DNA of 64,000 bases, taken from the NCBI GenBank assembly GCA_964389545.1, contig CAYMDN010000001.1, forward strand, positions 39,592-103,591. The letters are read 5' to 3'. A program made the position numbers and the translations under genes. The notes beneath the pieces are model-generated. The model worked only from the letters and a program-made list of their open reading frames with translations. It made no database searches and was not told where the DNA came from. This document shows, piece after piece, positions 51,896 through 63,178 of the stretch. The DNA comes from an uncultured Clostridium sp. (GTDB taxonomy: Bacteria; Bacillota; Clostridia; TANB77; CAG-508). Within the stretch, counting starts at the first letter, position 1; each line of letters starts with the position of its first letter.

Positions 51896-53086
51896 ATGAA
51901 TGATGACGAATTTGTAAATAATTTTAAACCATCTCCAGAGACTGGAACTCCACGACCAAGACGTAATAATAGCTTTTCAATAATTTTTGCAGCATTGCTT
52001 GTATCTGTAATTGGCTCTTTAATAGTTTGTGCGTGTTTTCGTAGTCTTACAAAATCAGATGGAGATACGGATACAGTTGAGGTTGTAACAAGTACTCCTC
52101 AAACTAACAGTCCAAATTTAACTCAAGTTTCTTTGGAACAATATTCTGATACTGCAATTTACGCAGCCAATAAAGTTTTACCTTCTATCGTAAGTGTATA
52201 CGTAGAATATGAAATTAGTTATTACGGCAGAACTCAAACAAGCCAAGCCCAAGGATCTGGAGTAATAATTAGTAAAGATGGATATATTCTTACTAACAAC
52301 CACGTAATTAGCTCAGGTGATTCTTCAGCTTTTTATGAAGTTTCAGAAGCAAATTCTGTAAAGATAAAATTGTATCAAGATGATAAAGAATATGATGCAA
52401 AAATTATTGGTTCGGATGCCAAAACAGATTTAGCTGTTTTGAAAATTGAAAAAGATGATTTAGTTGCAGCGGAATTAGGTGATTCTTCTTCTGTTAAAGT
52501 TGGAGAATTTGTTTTAGCTGTTGGTAATCCATATGGATTAGAACATTCAGTTACATCAGGTATTATAAGTGCTTTAAATAGAGAAATGACTGTAGATTCT
52601 TCTGAATATACTGTAATTCAAGCAGATTGTGCTATAAACTCTGGTAATAGTGGTGGTGCTTTTGTTAACAGCAAAGGTCAAGTTATTGGAATAGCTACAT
52701 TAAAACTATCTGGCACAGGAATTGAAGGTGTAAGTTTTGCAATACCTATTAATGATACTGAACCAATTTATAAAGAACTAATTGAAAATGGAAAAATAAT
52801 AAGACCATTTATAGGAATTCAAGGTATTGATGTTGATACACAAACGGCTGTAAGAAATCATTTAACAGAAGGAATTTATATTGATAGCTTTGTTAAAGGA
52901 AGTCCTGCAGCAGATTCTGATTTGAAAGTTGGAGATGTAATTGTTTCAATTGATGGTAAAGAAATTAAAACAATGGATGAATTAAATGAATACAAAAATA
53001 CAAAAGAAGTTGGAGATGAAATCACCTTAGGAATTTATAGAGATTCTAAAAAAATGGAAGTAAAAATTATATTAGGTGAAGAATAA
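51896..53086 (+). CDS. HtrA-family serine protease with PDZ (second copy)
   Basis: TNNHVI, DLAVLKI, GNSGGAF. Terminator at 53093-53125. Confidence 0.8.
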   Translation: MNDDEFVNNFKPSPETGTPRPRRNNSFSIIFAALLVSVIGSLIVCACFRSLTKSDGDTDTVEVVTSTPQTNSPNLTQVSLEQYSDTAIYAANKVLPSIVSVYVEYEISYYGRTQTSQAQGSGVIISKDGYILTNNHVISSGDSSAFYEVSEANSVKIKLYQDDKEYDAKIIGSDAKTDLAVLKIEKDDLVAAELGDSSSVKVGEFVLAVGNPYGLEHSVTSGIISALNREMTVDSSEYTVIQADCAINSGNSGGAFVNSKGQVIGIATLKLSGTGIEGVSFAIPINDTEPIYKELIENGKIIRPFIGIQGIDVDTQTAVRNHLTEGIYIDSFVKGSPAADSDLKVGDVIVSIDGKEIKTMDELNEYKNTKEVGDEITLGIYRDSKKMEVKIILGEE

Positions 53087-53120
53087 AATAAAAAATAAGC
53101 ATAGAAATATGCTTATTTTT

Positions 53121-53663
53121 TTACGCTTTAATAAACTCTTTTAAGTCTTTCCAAAAATCTATTTTTTTTGATTCATCTCTTAATAATGCTGCTGGGTGAA
53201 ATGTTGGTAAAATTTTGATGCCATCTTTTTCAAACCATTTACCCCTGCTTGCTGTTATCCCATATTCTTCCCCAAGAATATTTTTTAGTGCTACACTTCC
53301 CAACAAACATATTTTTTCTGGATTTACTAATTTTATTTGTGATTCTAAATACTCTTTACAGGCATCTGCCTCATTCTTTTCTGGATTTCTATTTTGAGGA
53401 GGTCTACATTTAACAATATTTGCTATATATACATCTTCTCTTTTTATTCCGACACCTGTAAATGCTTTGTCCATAAGTTGTCCAGCTCTTCCAACAAACG
53501 GAATACCTTGTGCATCTTCATCCGCTCCTGGACCTTCACCTATAAACATTACTTTAGCTTGTTTATTTCCAGTTCCTATAACAACATTATGCCTTCCATT
53601 ACACAACTTACATTTATTGCATTTTTTGCAAGCATCTTCCAACTCTTCCCAATTCTGGTACAT
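53121..53663 (-). CDS. Uracil-DNA glycosylase, family 4
   Basis: CNKCKLC... GEGPGADED ... FVGRAGQLMD. Confidence 0.8.
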   Translation of the reverse strand: MYQNWEELEDACKKCNKCKLCNGRHNVVIGTGNKQAKVMFIGEGPGADEDAQGIPFVGRAGQLMDKAFTGVGIKREDVYIANIVKCRPPQNRNPEKNEADACKEYLESQIKLVNPEKICLLGSVALKNILGEEYGITASRGKWFEKDGIKILPTFHPAALLRDESKKIDFWKDLKEFIKA

Positions 53664-53740
53664 AATCTACTCCTATCTTTTCTGTATTTCAGTGCCACAT
53701 CCAAATTCCAGCAAGATGGCACGGGTTTTATATATCAATA

Positions 53741-55120
53741 TTATTTTAGGCATAATATCGCAACATTTCTTCCAGATTTATTGCCATCTTGTCTATACGA
53801 ATGTATGAATTTATGATTACACATTGTACATACATTACAATTTATAATATTTTCCTCTTTTACTCCATCTTCAAGCATCATATTAATATTTATTCTTGTT
53901 GTATCTATATAACTTTTTCCTGTAACCTCATTATCTTTTATTATTGTATCTATGTCTTTCATGTATTTAAAAGTATTATAAAAAATATCTCGCACGTCTT
54001 TATCTACTTCAAAATGACATTGCTTTATACATGGCCCTATTGCACAAACTAAATCTTCAGGATTGCTATTATATTCTTCTTTTAATTTATTTATTGCACA
54101 TTTAACTATCTTTTTTGTTGTTCCTACCCAACCAGAATGCACTAGAGCAACTGCATTTTTTTCCTTATCATAAATATATATTGGTGTACAGTCTGCAAAA
54201 GATAACATTAAAACTCTTTCTGTTTCATCTGTTACTAGTGCATCTACATCTTTTAATTTTTCTATGTAAATACCTTTTTCATCATCTATTCTTTCTACAT
54301 TATTTGTATGTGTTTGCATTGGTCTAATTAAATTATTGTTTGACAACCCTAAATTATTACATATACTTTTATTGTATTTTTCTATTTCAACTTTCTTTTC
54401 GTGATATGTTACGTTATTTCCAAAATCCATTGGTCTTAATGTAAATCCATGTTGTATATTTTCATATTCTAATAACTTTTTAAATTGTAAGTATCTGGTA
54501 CCATTATTATTTGTAATTACAATTTCATCATTGAGTAATTTTCCGTCTTTCAATATTTCAATAAATTCATCTGCTTCTTTATTTAAATCCGCTGAGTTGT
54601 TTATTATTATATAATTGGATTGTTTTATATAGAATTCATCTTTTTCTTGTATTTTTAGTCTTTTTTCTAATGTTTCTCGATCTGTTTTGTCTCTTTGTAT
54701 AATTCTTTCTAGTTTTATTTCCTTTTTGGCTAATAATGATATTGTAATGTTACACTCTTCATTTAGCTTACTTTCAAATAAAAGCGGTACATCCATTACT
54801 ATATTTTTAGTTCCTATTTTATTTATTTCATTTTTTATCTCTTTAACTATGTAATTATTTGTTAATTGGTTTAGTTCATCTCTTTTAGCATCATTTTCAT
54901 AGACAATTTTGGCTAATTTCTTTCTATCTATTCCATCTTCTAATAAAACTTCTCTTCCAAAATGTCTTATAATCTCATTATAATATTCATGACCTTTTAT
55001 AGTACATTTTCTTACTATTTCATCTGCATTTATTATTTCTGCTTGTAATTTTTTTGCTAAAATCTTTGAAAATTTACTTTTACCTGTTCCAGAGTTTCCT
55101 GTAACACCAATTATATACAT
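53741..55120 (-). CDS. coaE: Dephospho-CoA kinase fused to a YfiH/DUF152 (PgeF/LACC1-like) domain
   Basis: N-terminus IIGVTGNSGTGKS. C-terminus HTNNVE...DALVTDE...FADCTPIY...HSGW. Confidence 0.7.
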   Translation of the reverse strand: MYIIGVTGNSGTGKSKFSKILAKKLQAEIINADEIVRKCTIKGHEYYNEIIRHFGREVLLEDGIDRKKLAKIVYENDAKRDELNQLTNNYIVKEIKNEINKIGTKNIVMDVPLLFESKLNEECNITISLLAKKEIKLERIIQRDKTDRETLEKRLKIQEKDEFYIKQSNYIIINNSADLNKEADEFIEILKDGKLLNDEIVITNNNGTRYLQFKKLLEYENIQHGFTLRPMDFGNNVTYHEKKVEIEKYNKSICNNLGLSNNNLIRPMQTHTNNVERIDDEKGIYIEKLKDVDALVTDETERVLMLSFADCTPIYIYDKEKNAVALVHSGWVGTTKKIVKCAINKLKEEYNSNPEDLVCAIGPCIKQCHFEVDKDVRDIFYNTFKYMKDIDTIIKDNEVTGKSYIDTTRININMMLEDGVKEENIINCNVCTMCNHKFIHSYRQDGNKSGRNVAILCLK

Positions 55121-55136
55121 ATTTTCTCCTTTTCTA

Positions 55137-55613
55137 TTAGCTATTTTTTTCTTTCTCTAACAGTTTAGCTACTTGTTGTGGAACAAATTGTCTTATATCC
55201 ATATTGTTTTCCCATAACTCCATAACTAGACTTGATGATAAATATCCTAAATCTCCTGCCCTAAAATAGCACGTATCCAATTTTCCAATCTTTTCGTTTG
55301 CCTCTGAAATGTTCTCTTCATATTGATAATCTGTACCATTTCTAAGACCTCTTATTAGTATATCTGCATTAAATTTTTTAGCTTCTTCTACTGTTAATCC
55401 TTCGTATAATGTTACTTCAACATTTGTTAAGCCTAATTCTGCTATAACTTCTTCTATCGCGTTTTTCATTTTTTCTTTATCTACTCTTCCGTTTTTACTT
55501 GAATTGTATGCAATCCCTACAATTACTTTTTCAAAACATTTTGCTGATTTTTTTACAATTTGTAAATGTCCATTTGTAAATGGATCAAAAGATCCTGCAT
55601 AAAAACCTATCAT
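55137..55613 (-). CDS. coaD: Phosphopantetheine adenylyltransferase
   Basis: GSFDPFTNGH. Confidence 0.85.
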   Translation of the reverse strand: MIGFYAGSFDPFTNGHLQIVKKSAKCFEKVIVGIAYNSSKNGRVDKEKMKNAIEEVIAELGLTNVEVTLYEGLTVEEAKKFNADILIRGLRNGTDYQYEENISEANEKIGKLDTCYFRAGDLGYLSSSLVMELWENNMDIRQFVPQQVAKLLEKEKNS

Positions 55614-55614
55614 A

Positions 55615-58600
55615 TTATTCTTTCCTTTCTCTTATTTCTTCTAGTATCTCTTCCTTTGTCTTAGTTCCTAAATATTGATATTCATTTTCTTCTGGATTAA
55701 ATCTACATATATTTTTAAATTCACAATATTTACATGTTGAAGTTTTTGTTTTCACATCATACATAGGCTTAATTTCTATATTTCCTGTCATTATTTCTTT
55801 TGATATTTTTGTAATTGTTTTTCTTATTGTTTCTTGTAAGTCGCTAAATTGCTCTTTTGTAACAACACTAGATTTTTTTTCACTTATTTTTTCATCTTTA
55901 CCAATATAAACTGGAACTACACTCGAACTACCTGATTCCAATTTATTATCCATCATTTTTATAACTTGAATATCTGCTAAAATAAGTCCTTTCATTTTAA
56001 AACTTTTTCGTATTCTATCTTCTATTTCATCATCAGTTAAATTTTTACTTTCTTTTATAATTGGTTCTAACAAACTAAAATAAAGTACTCCTGCTGGTTC
56101 TTTATTCTTTTTCTCTGCCATTATATCTATGTATGTTAATAATTGAATTTGAGTTCCTGCCATCATTTGATTTAAGTTTATATTTTTTTCTGAAGATTTA
56201 TAATCTATAATTCTTATGTATTTATCTTGTGCAATATCCAATCTATCAACTTTTCCAACTAATTCAATATTTCCAATTTTTTTACTAAATTCTAACTCAT
56301 TTGCCATTGGTTTAAAATCACTATTTTGCATTTGATATACAATATATTTTATAGATAGCATAATTGTATTTTTTAATTTATTAGTTAGAACTATAAATTT
56401 AGGTGAACTTGAAAAGATTTGATTTTTATTTAATTGTAATTTGCTATCAATTATTTCATTTACAATATCTTCAATTTCCTGTGTTGTTATAGTATCAATA
56501 TTATCAACTCTATCAAAAAATTCATCTAAAACTTCGTGCATAAAAGTCCCTGTGTCTATTGGACTCATTCTATATTCTTCGATATTTTTCAATCTTAATC
56601 CATATTTTAAATGGAATGAAAATGGACAGTTTTTATATTGTTCCATTTTTGATACACTAGTTTTAAATACTTCTCCATATATTCTTTTTATATTTTCTTC
56701 ATTTATTTTTTCAGCCACATTTGTATAATCAAGTGCTTTTAAATTAGTTTGTAATTTCGTCTTCCATTTTGCATTTTGATTGTACCAATTATATATGTCA
56801 TACCATTTATCTTCTATTTTTTCTCCATTTGCTAATTTTTTAAGCTCTACCATCAACGCTTCAAACGAATCATTTACGTTTATAATTTCTGTATTAGGTT
56901 CTATTATATAACTTTTTTCTTTTAAATTTGGAAATATCTTTTTTATTTTATTAATTAATACAGATGGTCTTAACGAAGATCCTTCTTTATTAGTTGAATT
57001 ATACGATACATACAATTTTTCTTCAGCAATACTAAATGCTTTATATGTGTTAAATTGGTCTTCATATAAGTTCTCTAAAGTATTTTTAGCTATTTCCAAA
57101 TTATTTTGTTTTAATATGTCTCTATCTTTGTCATCAAAAAAACCTTCGTTTTTATTTACACTTGGAAAAGCTCCATCATTCATACCTATAATAAAAATCG
57201 CTTTAACTTTTTGCGTTCTAGTCCTATCAATATCTCCTATTAAAACTTGATCCATAAATTGAGGTATTTTACCCGCCTTTTTGTTCTTTAGTCCTATTTT
57301 CAACAATTCTTTATATGTATCAAAAGACATATTTTCGTTGTCAAAAAAGGTAACTATCTCGTCTAAGACATCGATTAATATCTCATAACTAGCTTTATAC
57401 TCTCTTGCAATTTCCAGTTCATTCTCTTCAACAAATTTATCAATTTTTTGATTGATTTTTTCTTGAATCTTATTGTCATTAAGAAAATTATATAGTTCTT
57501 TTGAAATATCTTTAGCTGTTTTTCCTTTATCTAAATTTTTTCTTAAATTTATAAGAGGTGTAACTATTTTCTTTTGCAAATCAGCAAACTCTAACCAGGG
57601 TGTTTTATGCCATTTATTGCCCCTTATACCATTTTTTACACAGTAGTTTTCTACCATATAAATATCTTCTTTTTTTATGTCTGTAAAACCAGACTTTATA
57701 TAATTAAGTACAGATTCTTGTGACCAATTATTTGAAAAAATCTCTATTATTGATAACATATATTTTATTAATATGTTTTCTGTTACTTCTATTTTTTCAT
57801 CTATGAAAAACGGTATTTCAAATTTATTAAATACTGCTTTTACTATGTTATTTATATTAGATATATCATTTGAAATAATGGATATATCACTGTATTTCCA
57901 ACAGTTTTCTCTAACAAGTTTTATGATTTGTTTTGCAACAATTTCTAGCTCTGAATATTCATCATTTGTTAATGCTATTTCTATATTATTGACTTTTTGT
58001 ATATATTTTTCTATTTTAATATTGTATATATTTTGTTCTAAATGTAGTAATTCTTCACTTTTTAATCTGTAGTTTTCTTCTAATTTAATTTCGTTATCTA
58101 TTTCTATATCTAATTTTTTTGCTAACTTTATTATTCTATTAGCAAATATCTTATTATTATAAAAAATATCTATTTCAGGTATAGAATTTTCGTTTAAATT
58201 ATCTGTGCAAACACATACATTTACTTGTATTGCTTTTTTTAAAATTTCTTCTAGGACAGAATATTCTTGCATTGTAAATCCTGAAAATTCATCTATATAT
58301 ACAATTGCATTATCAAAAATATTGCTTTTTGAGATGTTCTTATACATTCGTGTTAGTACATCATCTTCATCTATGTATTTATTTAAAATATTTGATTCAT
58401 ATGCTTTATATATTTCCTGTATTTCTAGTAACTTCCCTTGTAAATTTATATCACTAATATTCTCAATATTTTCATCAATTCTATTTGGTGTTATATTATG
58501 CTTTTTTAACTCTGTTATTTCTTTTAATATTAAGTCTATATTCTCTTTATTTTTATTTAAGAATCGTAAATTGTCTTTTTGTTTTTGTAAAATTGAATAA

Positions 58601-58872
58601 ATAATCATGGCTTGTGCTGACTGAGATAACACGATTTCATTTGCTCCACCAACTTCATGTGAAATTCTATCTGCTAATCTTTTAAAACTAAGAACTTCAA
58701 CATTTATAGATACATTATTTTCAAGTACCTCTAATAAACGCCTTTCCATGGAATATGAAAATTGTTCTGGCGTTATTATAAATGCTTTTTTATTTGGATT
58801 GTTTTTTATTTCATTAAGGAAATATGCACTCTTTCCTGTACCAGCCTTGCCATATATTATTCGTAAACTCAT
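55615..58872 (-). CDS. addB: AddB-type helicase-nuclease subunit (inactivated Walker A + C-terminal Fe-S nuclease)
   Basis: YGKAGTGKS N-terminus. C-terminal CPFSFHLKYGL ... CKYCEFKNIC cysteine cluster. 1085 aa. No AddA adjacent. Confidence 0.65.
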   Translation of the reverse strand: MSLRIIYGKAGTGKSAYFLNEIKNNPNKKAFIITPEQFSYSMERRLLEVLENNVSINVEVLSFKRLADRISHEVGGANEIVLSQSAQAMIIYSILQKQKDNLRFLNKNKENIDLILKEITELKKHNITPNRIDENIENISDINLQGKLLEIQEIYKAYESNILNKYIDEDDVLTRMYKNISKSNIFDNAIVYIDEFSGFTMQEYSVLEEILKKAIQVNVCVCTDNLNENSIPEIDIFYNNKIFANRIIKLAKKLDIEIDNEIKLEENYRLKSEELLHLEQNIYNIKIEKYIQKVNNIEIALTNDEYSELEIVAKQIIKLVRENCWKYSDISIISNDISNINNIVKAVFNKFEIPFFIDEKIEVTENILIKYMLSIIEIFSNNWSQESVLNYIKSGFTDIKKEDIYMVENYCVKNGIRGNKWHKTPWLEFADLQKKIVTPLINLRKNLDKGKTAKDISKELYNFLNDNKIQEKINQKIDKFVEENELEIAREYKASYEILIDVLDEIVTFFDNENMSFDTYKELLKIGLKNKKAGKIPQFMDQVLIGDIDRTRTQKVKAIFIIGMNDGAFPSVNKNEGFFDDKDRDILKQNNLEIAKNTLENLYEDQFNTYKAFSIAEEKLYVSYNSTNKEGSSLRPSVLINKIKKIFPNLKEKSYIIEPNTEIINVNDSFEALMVELKKLANGEKIEDKWYDIYNWYNQNAKWKTKLQTNLKALDYTNVAEKINEENIKRIYGEVFKTSVSKMEQYKNCPFSFHLKYGLRLKNIEEYRMSPIDTGTFMHEVLDEFFDRVDNIDTITTQEIEDIVNEIIDSKLQLNKNQIFSSSPKFIVLTNKLKNTIMLSIKYIVYQMQNSDFKPMANELEFSKKIGNIELVGKVDRLDIAQDKYIRIIDYKSSEKNINLNQMMAGTQIQLLTYIDIMAEKKNKEPAGVLYFSLLEPIIKESKNLTDDEIEDRIRKSFKMKGLILADIQVIKMMDNKLESGSSSVVPVYIGKDEKISEKKSSVVTKEQFSDLQETIRKTITKISKEIMTGNIEIKPMYDVKTKTSTCKYCEFKNICRFNPEENEYQYLGTKTKEEILEEIRERKE

Positions 58873-58893
58873 TTATTAATTCCTTCCACAATT

Positions 58894-59760
58894 TTAGTTA
58901 GAATCTCTTCTCCAATAGAAAAGATATTGTTGTGCTAACCCAGCTTTTTCTCCATATTGTTCTTTTGCAAATTTTTTTATTATCTGTGGTTTTTGCTCTT
59001 CATTATTAAAATATAATTCAGACATTACTCTTCTAACCCATACATCTATTGGAAATACTTGATATTTTTTTAATGCAAAAAGCATTATACAATCTGCAAC
59101 TTTGGGTCCGACTCCTGGTATTTCGAGTAAATATTCTTCTAATTTATTTACATCTTTCTCATTTTCTAATTTTTCTAAATCTATTTCACCATTGCAAACT
59201 TTTTTTGTTGTTTCATATACTCTTACATCTCTAAATCCTAATCCCAAATTTCTTAAATCTTCTACACTTGCTTTAGAAAGTTCTTGTGGTGTTGGAAAAG
59301 AATAATATGTATTTCCCTGAAACTCAATTGCTTTTCCATACTCTTTAGATATTCTTTCTATTATTTTTTTTATTCGCGGTATATTGTTGTTTGCAGATAT
59401 TATAAAAGAAATTAATGTTTCCCATAAATCTTGATGTAGTATTCTAATGCCTTCTCCATACTTAATACTATTTTTTAAATGTTCATCTATTTTAGATAAA
59501 TCAGATTTTATACTTTCATAATTATCACTTAGTGAAAAATAATCTTCACATACATCTTTTATATCTCTTACACAATTTCCTGTAATAATAACTTGATTAT
59601 TTTTCTCTTCAACTTTCATTACATTATCTTTAAAAATTCCAATATAGCTACCATCATCTTGCTTATTCCATCTGAAACATTGTCCACATTCAAAAATATG
59701 AACTGAATTAAATGATTTTTTATCTTTTAAAATATATTGTTGTTCCATTATTTTCACCAC
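58894..59760 (-). CDS. HhH-GPD DNA glycosylase, Ogg-type (8-oxoguanine)
   Basis: LLEIPGVGPKVADCIMLFAL helix-hairpin-helix with catalytic K/D region. ~290 aa, similar to clostridial Ogg. Confidence 0.65.
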   Translation of the reverse strand: MVKIMEQQYILKDKKSFNSVHIFECGQCFRWNKQDDGSYIGIFKDNVMKVEEKNNQVIITGNCVRDIKDVCEDYFSLSDNYESIKSDLSKIDEHLKNSIKYGEGIRILHQDLWETLISFIISANNNIPRIKKIIERISKEYGKAIEFQGNTYYSFPTPQELSKASVEDLRNLGLGFRDVRVYETTKKVCNGEIDLEKLENEKDVNKLEEYLLEIPGVGPKVADCIMLFALKKYQVFPIDVWVRRVMSELYFNNEEQKPQIIKKFAKEQYGEKAGLAQQYLFYWRRDSN

Positions 59761-59824
59761 CTATATTTTAGCAAAAAACCTAGCTAGTTTCAATATCTAG
59801 CTAGGTTTTTATAATTACCTTTTG

Positions 59825-62341
59825 TTACTCTTCTGAATGATTTTCTACTTGTTCTTCCTCTTTGATTTCTGTTTCAGCTGTTGTTGTAATTTTTTCTTCT
59901 ACTGTTTCCTCTTTTTCATCGCGTTCTGTTAATTTTTCGATACTTACTACTTTTCCTTCGTTTGTTCTCATTAATGTTACACCTTGTGTTGAACGGCCTA
60001 GAACGCTTATATCTGTAACATTAATTCTTATTATTGTACCTGTATCTGTAATTAACATTACGTCGTCGCCTTCTTCAACTATTCTTATACCAACTATTTT
60101 TCCTGTCTTTGGAGTTATCTTATATGTGATTACACCTTTTCCTGCTCTTGCTTGAACTCTATATTCATTAAGTTCTGTTCTCTTTCCAAATCCATTTTCT
60201 GTAATAGCTAATAAAGTTGCTTTACTATTTGCAATTATTGATTCCATTCCTATTACATAATCATCTTTGTTAAGTTTTATTCCGATAACACCTTGTGATA
60301 CTCTTCCACATGCTCTAACATCTTTTTCTTCAAATGTAATTGCTAAACCTTCTCTTGTAACAAGAACTACATTATCTTCACCATCTGTTAATCTAACACC
60401 TATTAGCTCATCATCTTCTTTTAATGTTATTGCTAATAATCCTGTTTTTCTTGCAGAATTATATTCAGGTAATGCTGTTTTCTTAATTATTCCGTTTTTT
60501 GTTGCAAATAATAAATATTTTCCTTCGGCAAAGTTTTGAATTGGAATTATAGTTGATATTTTTTCGTCAGCATCTAAACTTAATAGATTTACTATAGCTG
60601 TTCCTCTTGCAGTTCTTCCTGCTTCTGGAATCTCGTATCCTCTTAATCTATACAATTTTCCTTTATTACTAAAGAATAATATTGTATCATGTGTAGAAGC
60701 TGTAAAGATTTCTTTAACAAAATCTTCTTCTTTTGTTGCAATTCCTGTAATTCCTTTTCCGCCTCTTTTTTGGCTTTTATAAATATCTACTGGCATTCTT
60801 TTTACATATCCAAAATGAGTTAAAGCTATAACATTTGTTTCTTCTTTAATCATATCTTCTATTTCAATTTCGCCTTCTGCTGCAACTATTTTTGTTTTTC
60901 TGTCATCGCCAAATTTTTCTTTTACTTCTAATAATTCTTCTTTGATAATTCCATATACAAGTGTTTCACTTGCTAAAATTTCTTTCAAATGTGCAATTAA
61001 CTTCATTAATTCATTATATTCTTCTTCGATTTTTTCTCTTTGTAATCCTTGTAATGTTCTTAATCTCATATCTAATATAGCTTGTGCCTGTATTTCAGAA
61101 AGACCAAATCTCTCCATTAATTTTTCTTTTGCATCATCATAAGCAGTTCTAATAATATGGATTACTTCATCAATATTATCTAATGCAATCTTTAATCCTT
61201 CTAATATGTGTGCTCTTGCCTCAGCTTTTTCTAATTCAAATTGGGTTCTTCTTAAAACTACTTTCTTTCTATGTTCAATATAATGATCTAAACATTCTCT
61301 TAATGTTAGTATTTTTGGTTCTCCATTTACTAAAGCAAGCATAATAGCACCAAATGTATCTTGCATTTGTGTGAATTTGAATAATAAATTTAGAACAACT
61401 TGAGGGTTTGCATCTCTTTTTAATTCTATAACAATTCTTACTTTTTCTTCTCTATCAGATTCATCTCTTATTCCAGAGATTCCCTCTATTCTTTTTTCTT
61501 TTACTAAATCTGCAATGTTTTCTATTAATTTAGATTTATTTACTTGATATGGTAAAGATGAAACTATAATTCTTCTTTTTCCTCCAGACATTTCTTCAAT
61601 ATCTGTTTCTGCTCTTAAAGTTATTTTTCCTCTTCCTGTTGTATATGCTTCTCTTATTCCTTCTCTACCTAATATTAATGCACCTGTTGGGAAATCTGGT
61701 CCTTTTATAACAGTCATTAATTCTTCATCTGTAACATTGTCTTCATCTATAATTTTTATTATTCCATCAACTAGTTCTCCTAAATTGTGTGGTGGTATAT
61801 TGGTTGCCATACCTACTGCAATTCCAGATGAACCATTTGCAAGTAATGCTGGAATTCTTGAAGGTAAAACTGTTGGTTCTTGTAATCTATCATCAAAGTT
61901 AGGCATAAAGTCTACTGTATTTTTTTCAATATCACTTAACATGTATTGTGCAATTTTAGACATTCTTGCCTCTGTATAACGATAAGCAGCTGGTGGATCA
62001 CCATCTATAGATCCAAAGTTTCCATGTCCATCTACCATCATGTATCTAAGCGAAAAGTCTTGTGCCATTCTAACTAATGCATCATAAACAGATGAATCTC
62101 CATGTGGATGGTATCTACCTAAAACGTCTCCTACTGTTGTTGCACATTTTCTATATGGCTTGTCTGGTGTAAATCCATCTTCGTGCATAGTATAAAGAAT
62201 TCTTCTATGTACGGGTTTTAAACCATCTCTTACATCTGGTAAAGCTCTTGCAACTATAACACTCATAGCATAATCAATATATGCTGTTTGCATCTCTTCT
62301 TCAATATCTCTTTGTATAATATTTTCTTCTGCCTTATCCAT
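59825..62341 (-). CDS. gyrA: DNA gyrase / topoisomerase IV subunit A (GyrA family)
   Basis: ARALPDVRDGLKPVHRRILY, active-site YTEAR, acidic tail. No B subunit upstream. Terminator at 59771-59810. Confidence 0.75.
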   Translation of the reverse strand: MDKAEENIIQRDIEEEMQTAYIDYAMSVIVARALPDVRDGLKPVHRRILYTMHEDGFTPDKPYRKCATTVGDVLGRYHPHGDSSVYDALVRMAQDFSLRYMMVDGHGNFGSIDGDPPAAYRYTEARMSKIAQYMLSDIEKNTVDFMPNFDDRLQEPTVLPSRIPALLANGSSGIAVGMATNIPPHNLGELVDGIIKIIDEDNVTDEELMTVIKGPDFPTGALILGREGIREAYTTGRGKITLRAETDIEEMSGGKRRIIVSSLPYQVNKSKLIENIADLVKEKRIEGISGIRDESDREEKVRIVIELKRDANPQVVLNLLFKFTQMQDTFGAIMLALVNGEPKILTLRECLDHYIEHRKKVVLRRTQFELEKAEARAHILEGLKIALDNIDEVIHIIRTAYDDAKEKLMERFGLSEIQAQAILDMRLRTLQGLQREKIEEEYNELMKLIAHLKEILASETLVYGIIKEELLEVKEKFGDDRKTKIVAAEGEIEIEDMIKEETNVIALTHFGYVKRMPVDIYKSQKRGGKGITGIATKEEDFVKEIFTASTHDTILFFSNKGKLYRLRGYEIPEAGRTARGTAIVNLLSLDADEKISTIIPIQNFAEGKYLLFATKNGIIKKTALPEYNSARKTGLLAITLKEDDELIGVRLTDGEDNVVLVTREGLAITFEEKDVRACGRVSQGVIGIKLNKDDYVIGMESIIANSKATLLAITENGFGKRTELNEYRVQARAGKGVITYKITPKTGKIVGIRIVEEGDDVMLITDTGTIIRINVTDISVLGRSTQGVTLMRTNEGKVVSIEKLTERDEKEETVEEKITTTAETEIKEEEQVENHSEE

Positions 62342-62428
62342 TAAAATTCCTCTTTTCTCATATATTTTTTACCTTCATATTATATATGAATAAACTAAAT
62401 TTTGCAAGAAGCTTTTATTACTTTTTTA

Positions 62429-63178
62429 CTAATTTACTAACATTCTTACTAGTTCTTTTTCTTCAATTGTTAAATTAAAATCTTTTCCCTTATTTTTTAT
62501 TAGTTCATGTAAATTTTCTACTTGTCTTGCCTTTATTAAAGTTTCTTCAAGTGGTATAACCTTCTCTAGATTTTCTTGTATTTTTTTATATTGGTATTCC
62601 ATATTTGTGAAATTTTCTTCTTTATAATATTGTTGCCACTTTTCTATATAACCATCTATTTTTTCAATTATTTCAATTTGATCATCAAAACTCTTTTCTA
62701 TACTTTTTTCAACTTCTCCTAATATTTTATTTTTTCCTTTTTTAATCGCATTAGATGTTTTCTTATCTATATATCCTTTATTTTTTATTAGGTCTATCCC
62801 TTTATCTAAAACTCCAGAAACAGTATCTATTAATCCTCCACTATCTATTACATTTTTAACCTGTGAAATATTTTCAAAATTTCCTGTTACAATTCCTATT
62901 ACACTTTTACCAAAATTAACCGCGCTATCTATACCTGTATTAATTGCAGATGTAATGCCTTCATTTAATAATGCATCTTTTATATCTATTATTTCATCTT
63001 CTATAAAATCTGGTAATACATTTCTAAGACCAACATTTACACCCAAGTCTACAGCTTTACCAATATTACTTTTTAAAAATTCACTTTGTTTTTGTTCTAA
63101 AAAACTTCTCACACTTGTCATACTTCTTTTTATACTTTCATCTACTTGTTTTGTATTTTCTAAATTTATTTTATTCAT
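62429..63178 (-). CDS. hypothetical protein (249 aa)
   Basis: ORF only. Confidence 0.4.
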   Translation of the reverse strand: MNKINLENTKQVDESIKRSMTSVRSFLEQKQSEFLKSNIGKAVDLGVNVGLRNVLPDFIEDEIIDIKDALLNEGITSAINTGIDSAVNFGKSVIGIVTGNFENISQVKNVIDSGGLIDTVSGVLDKGIDLIKNKGYIDKKTSNAIKKGKNKILGEVEKSIEKSFDDQIEIIEKIDGYIEKWQQYYKEENFTNMEYQYKKIQENLEKVIPLEETLIKARQVENLHELIKNKGKDFNLTIEEKELVRMLVN

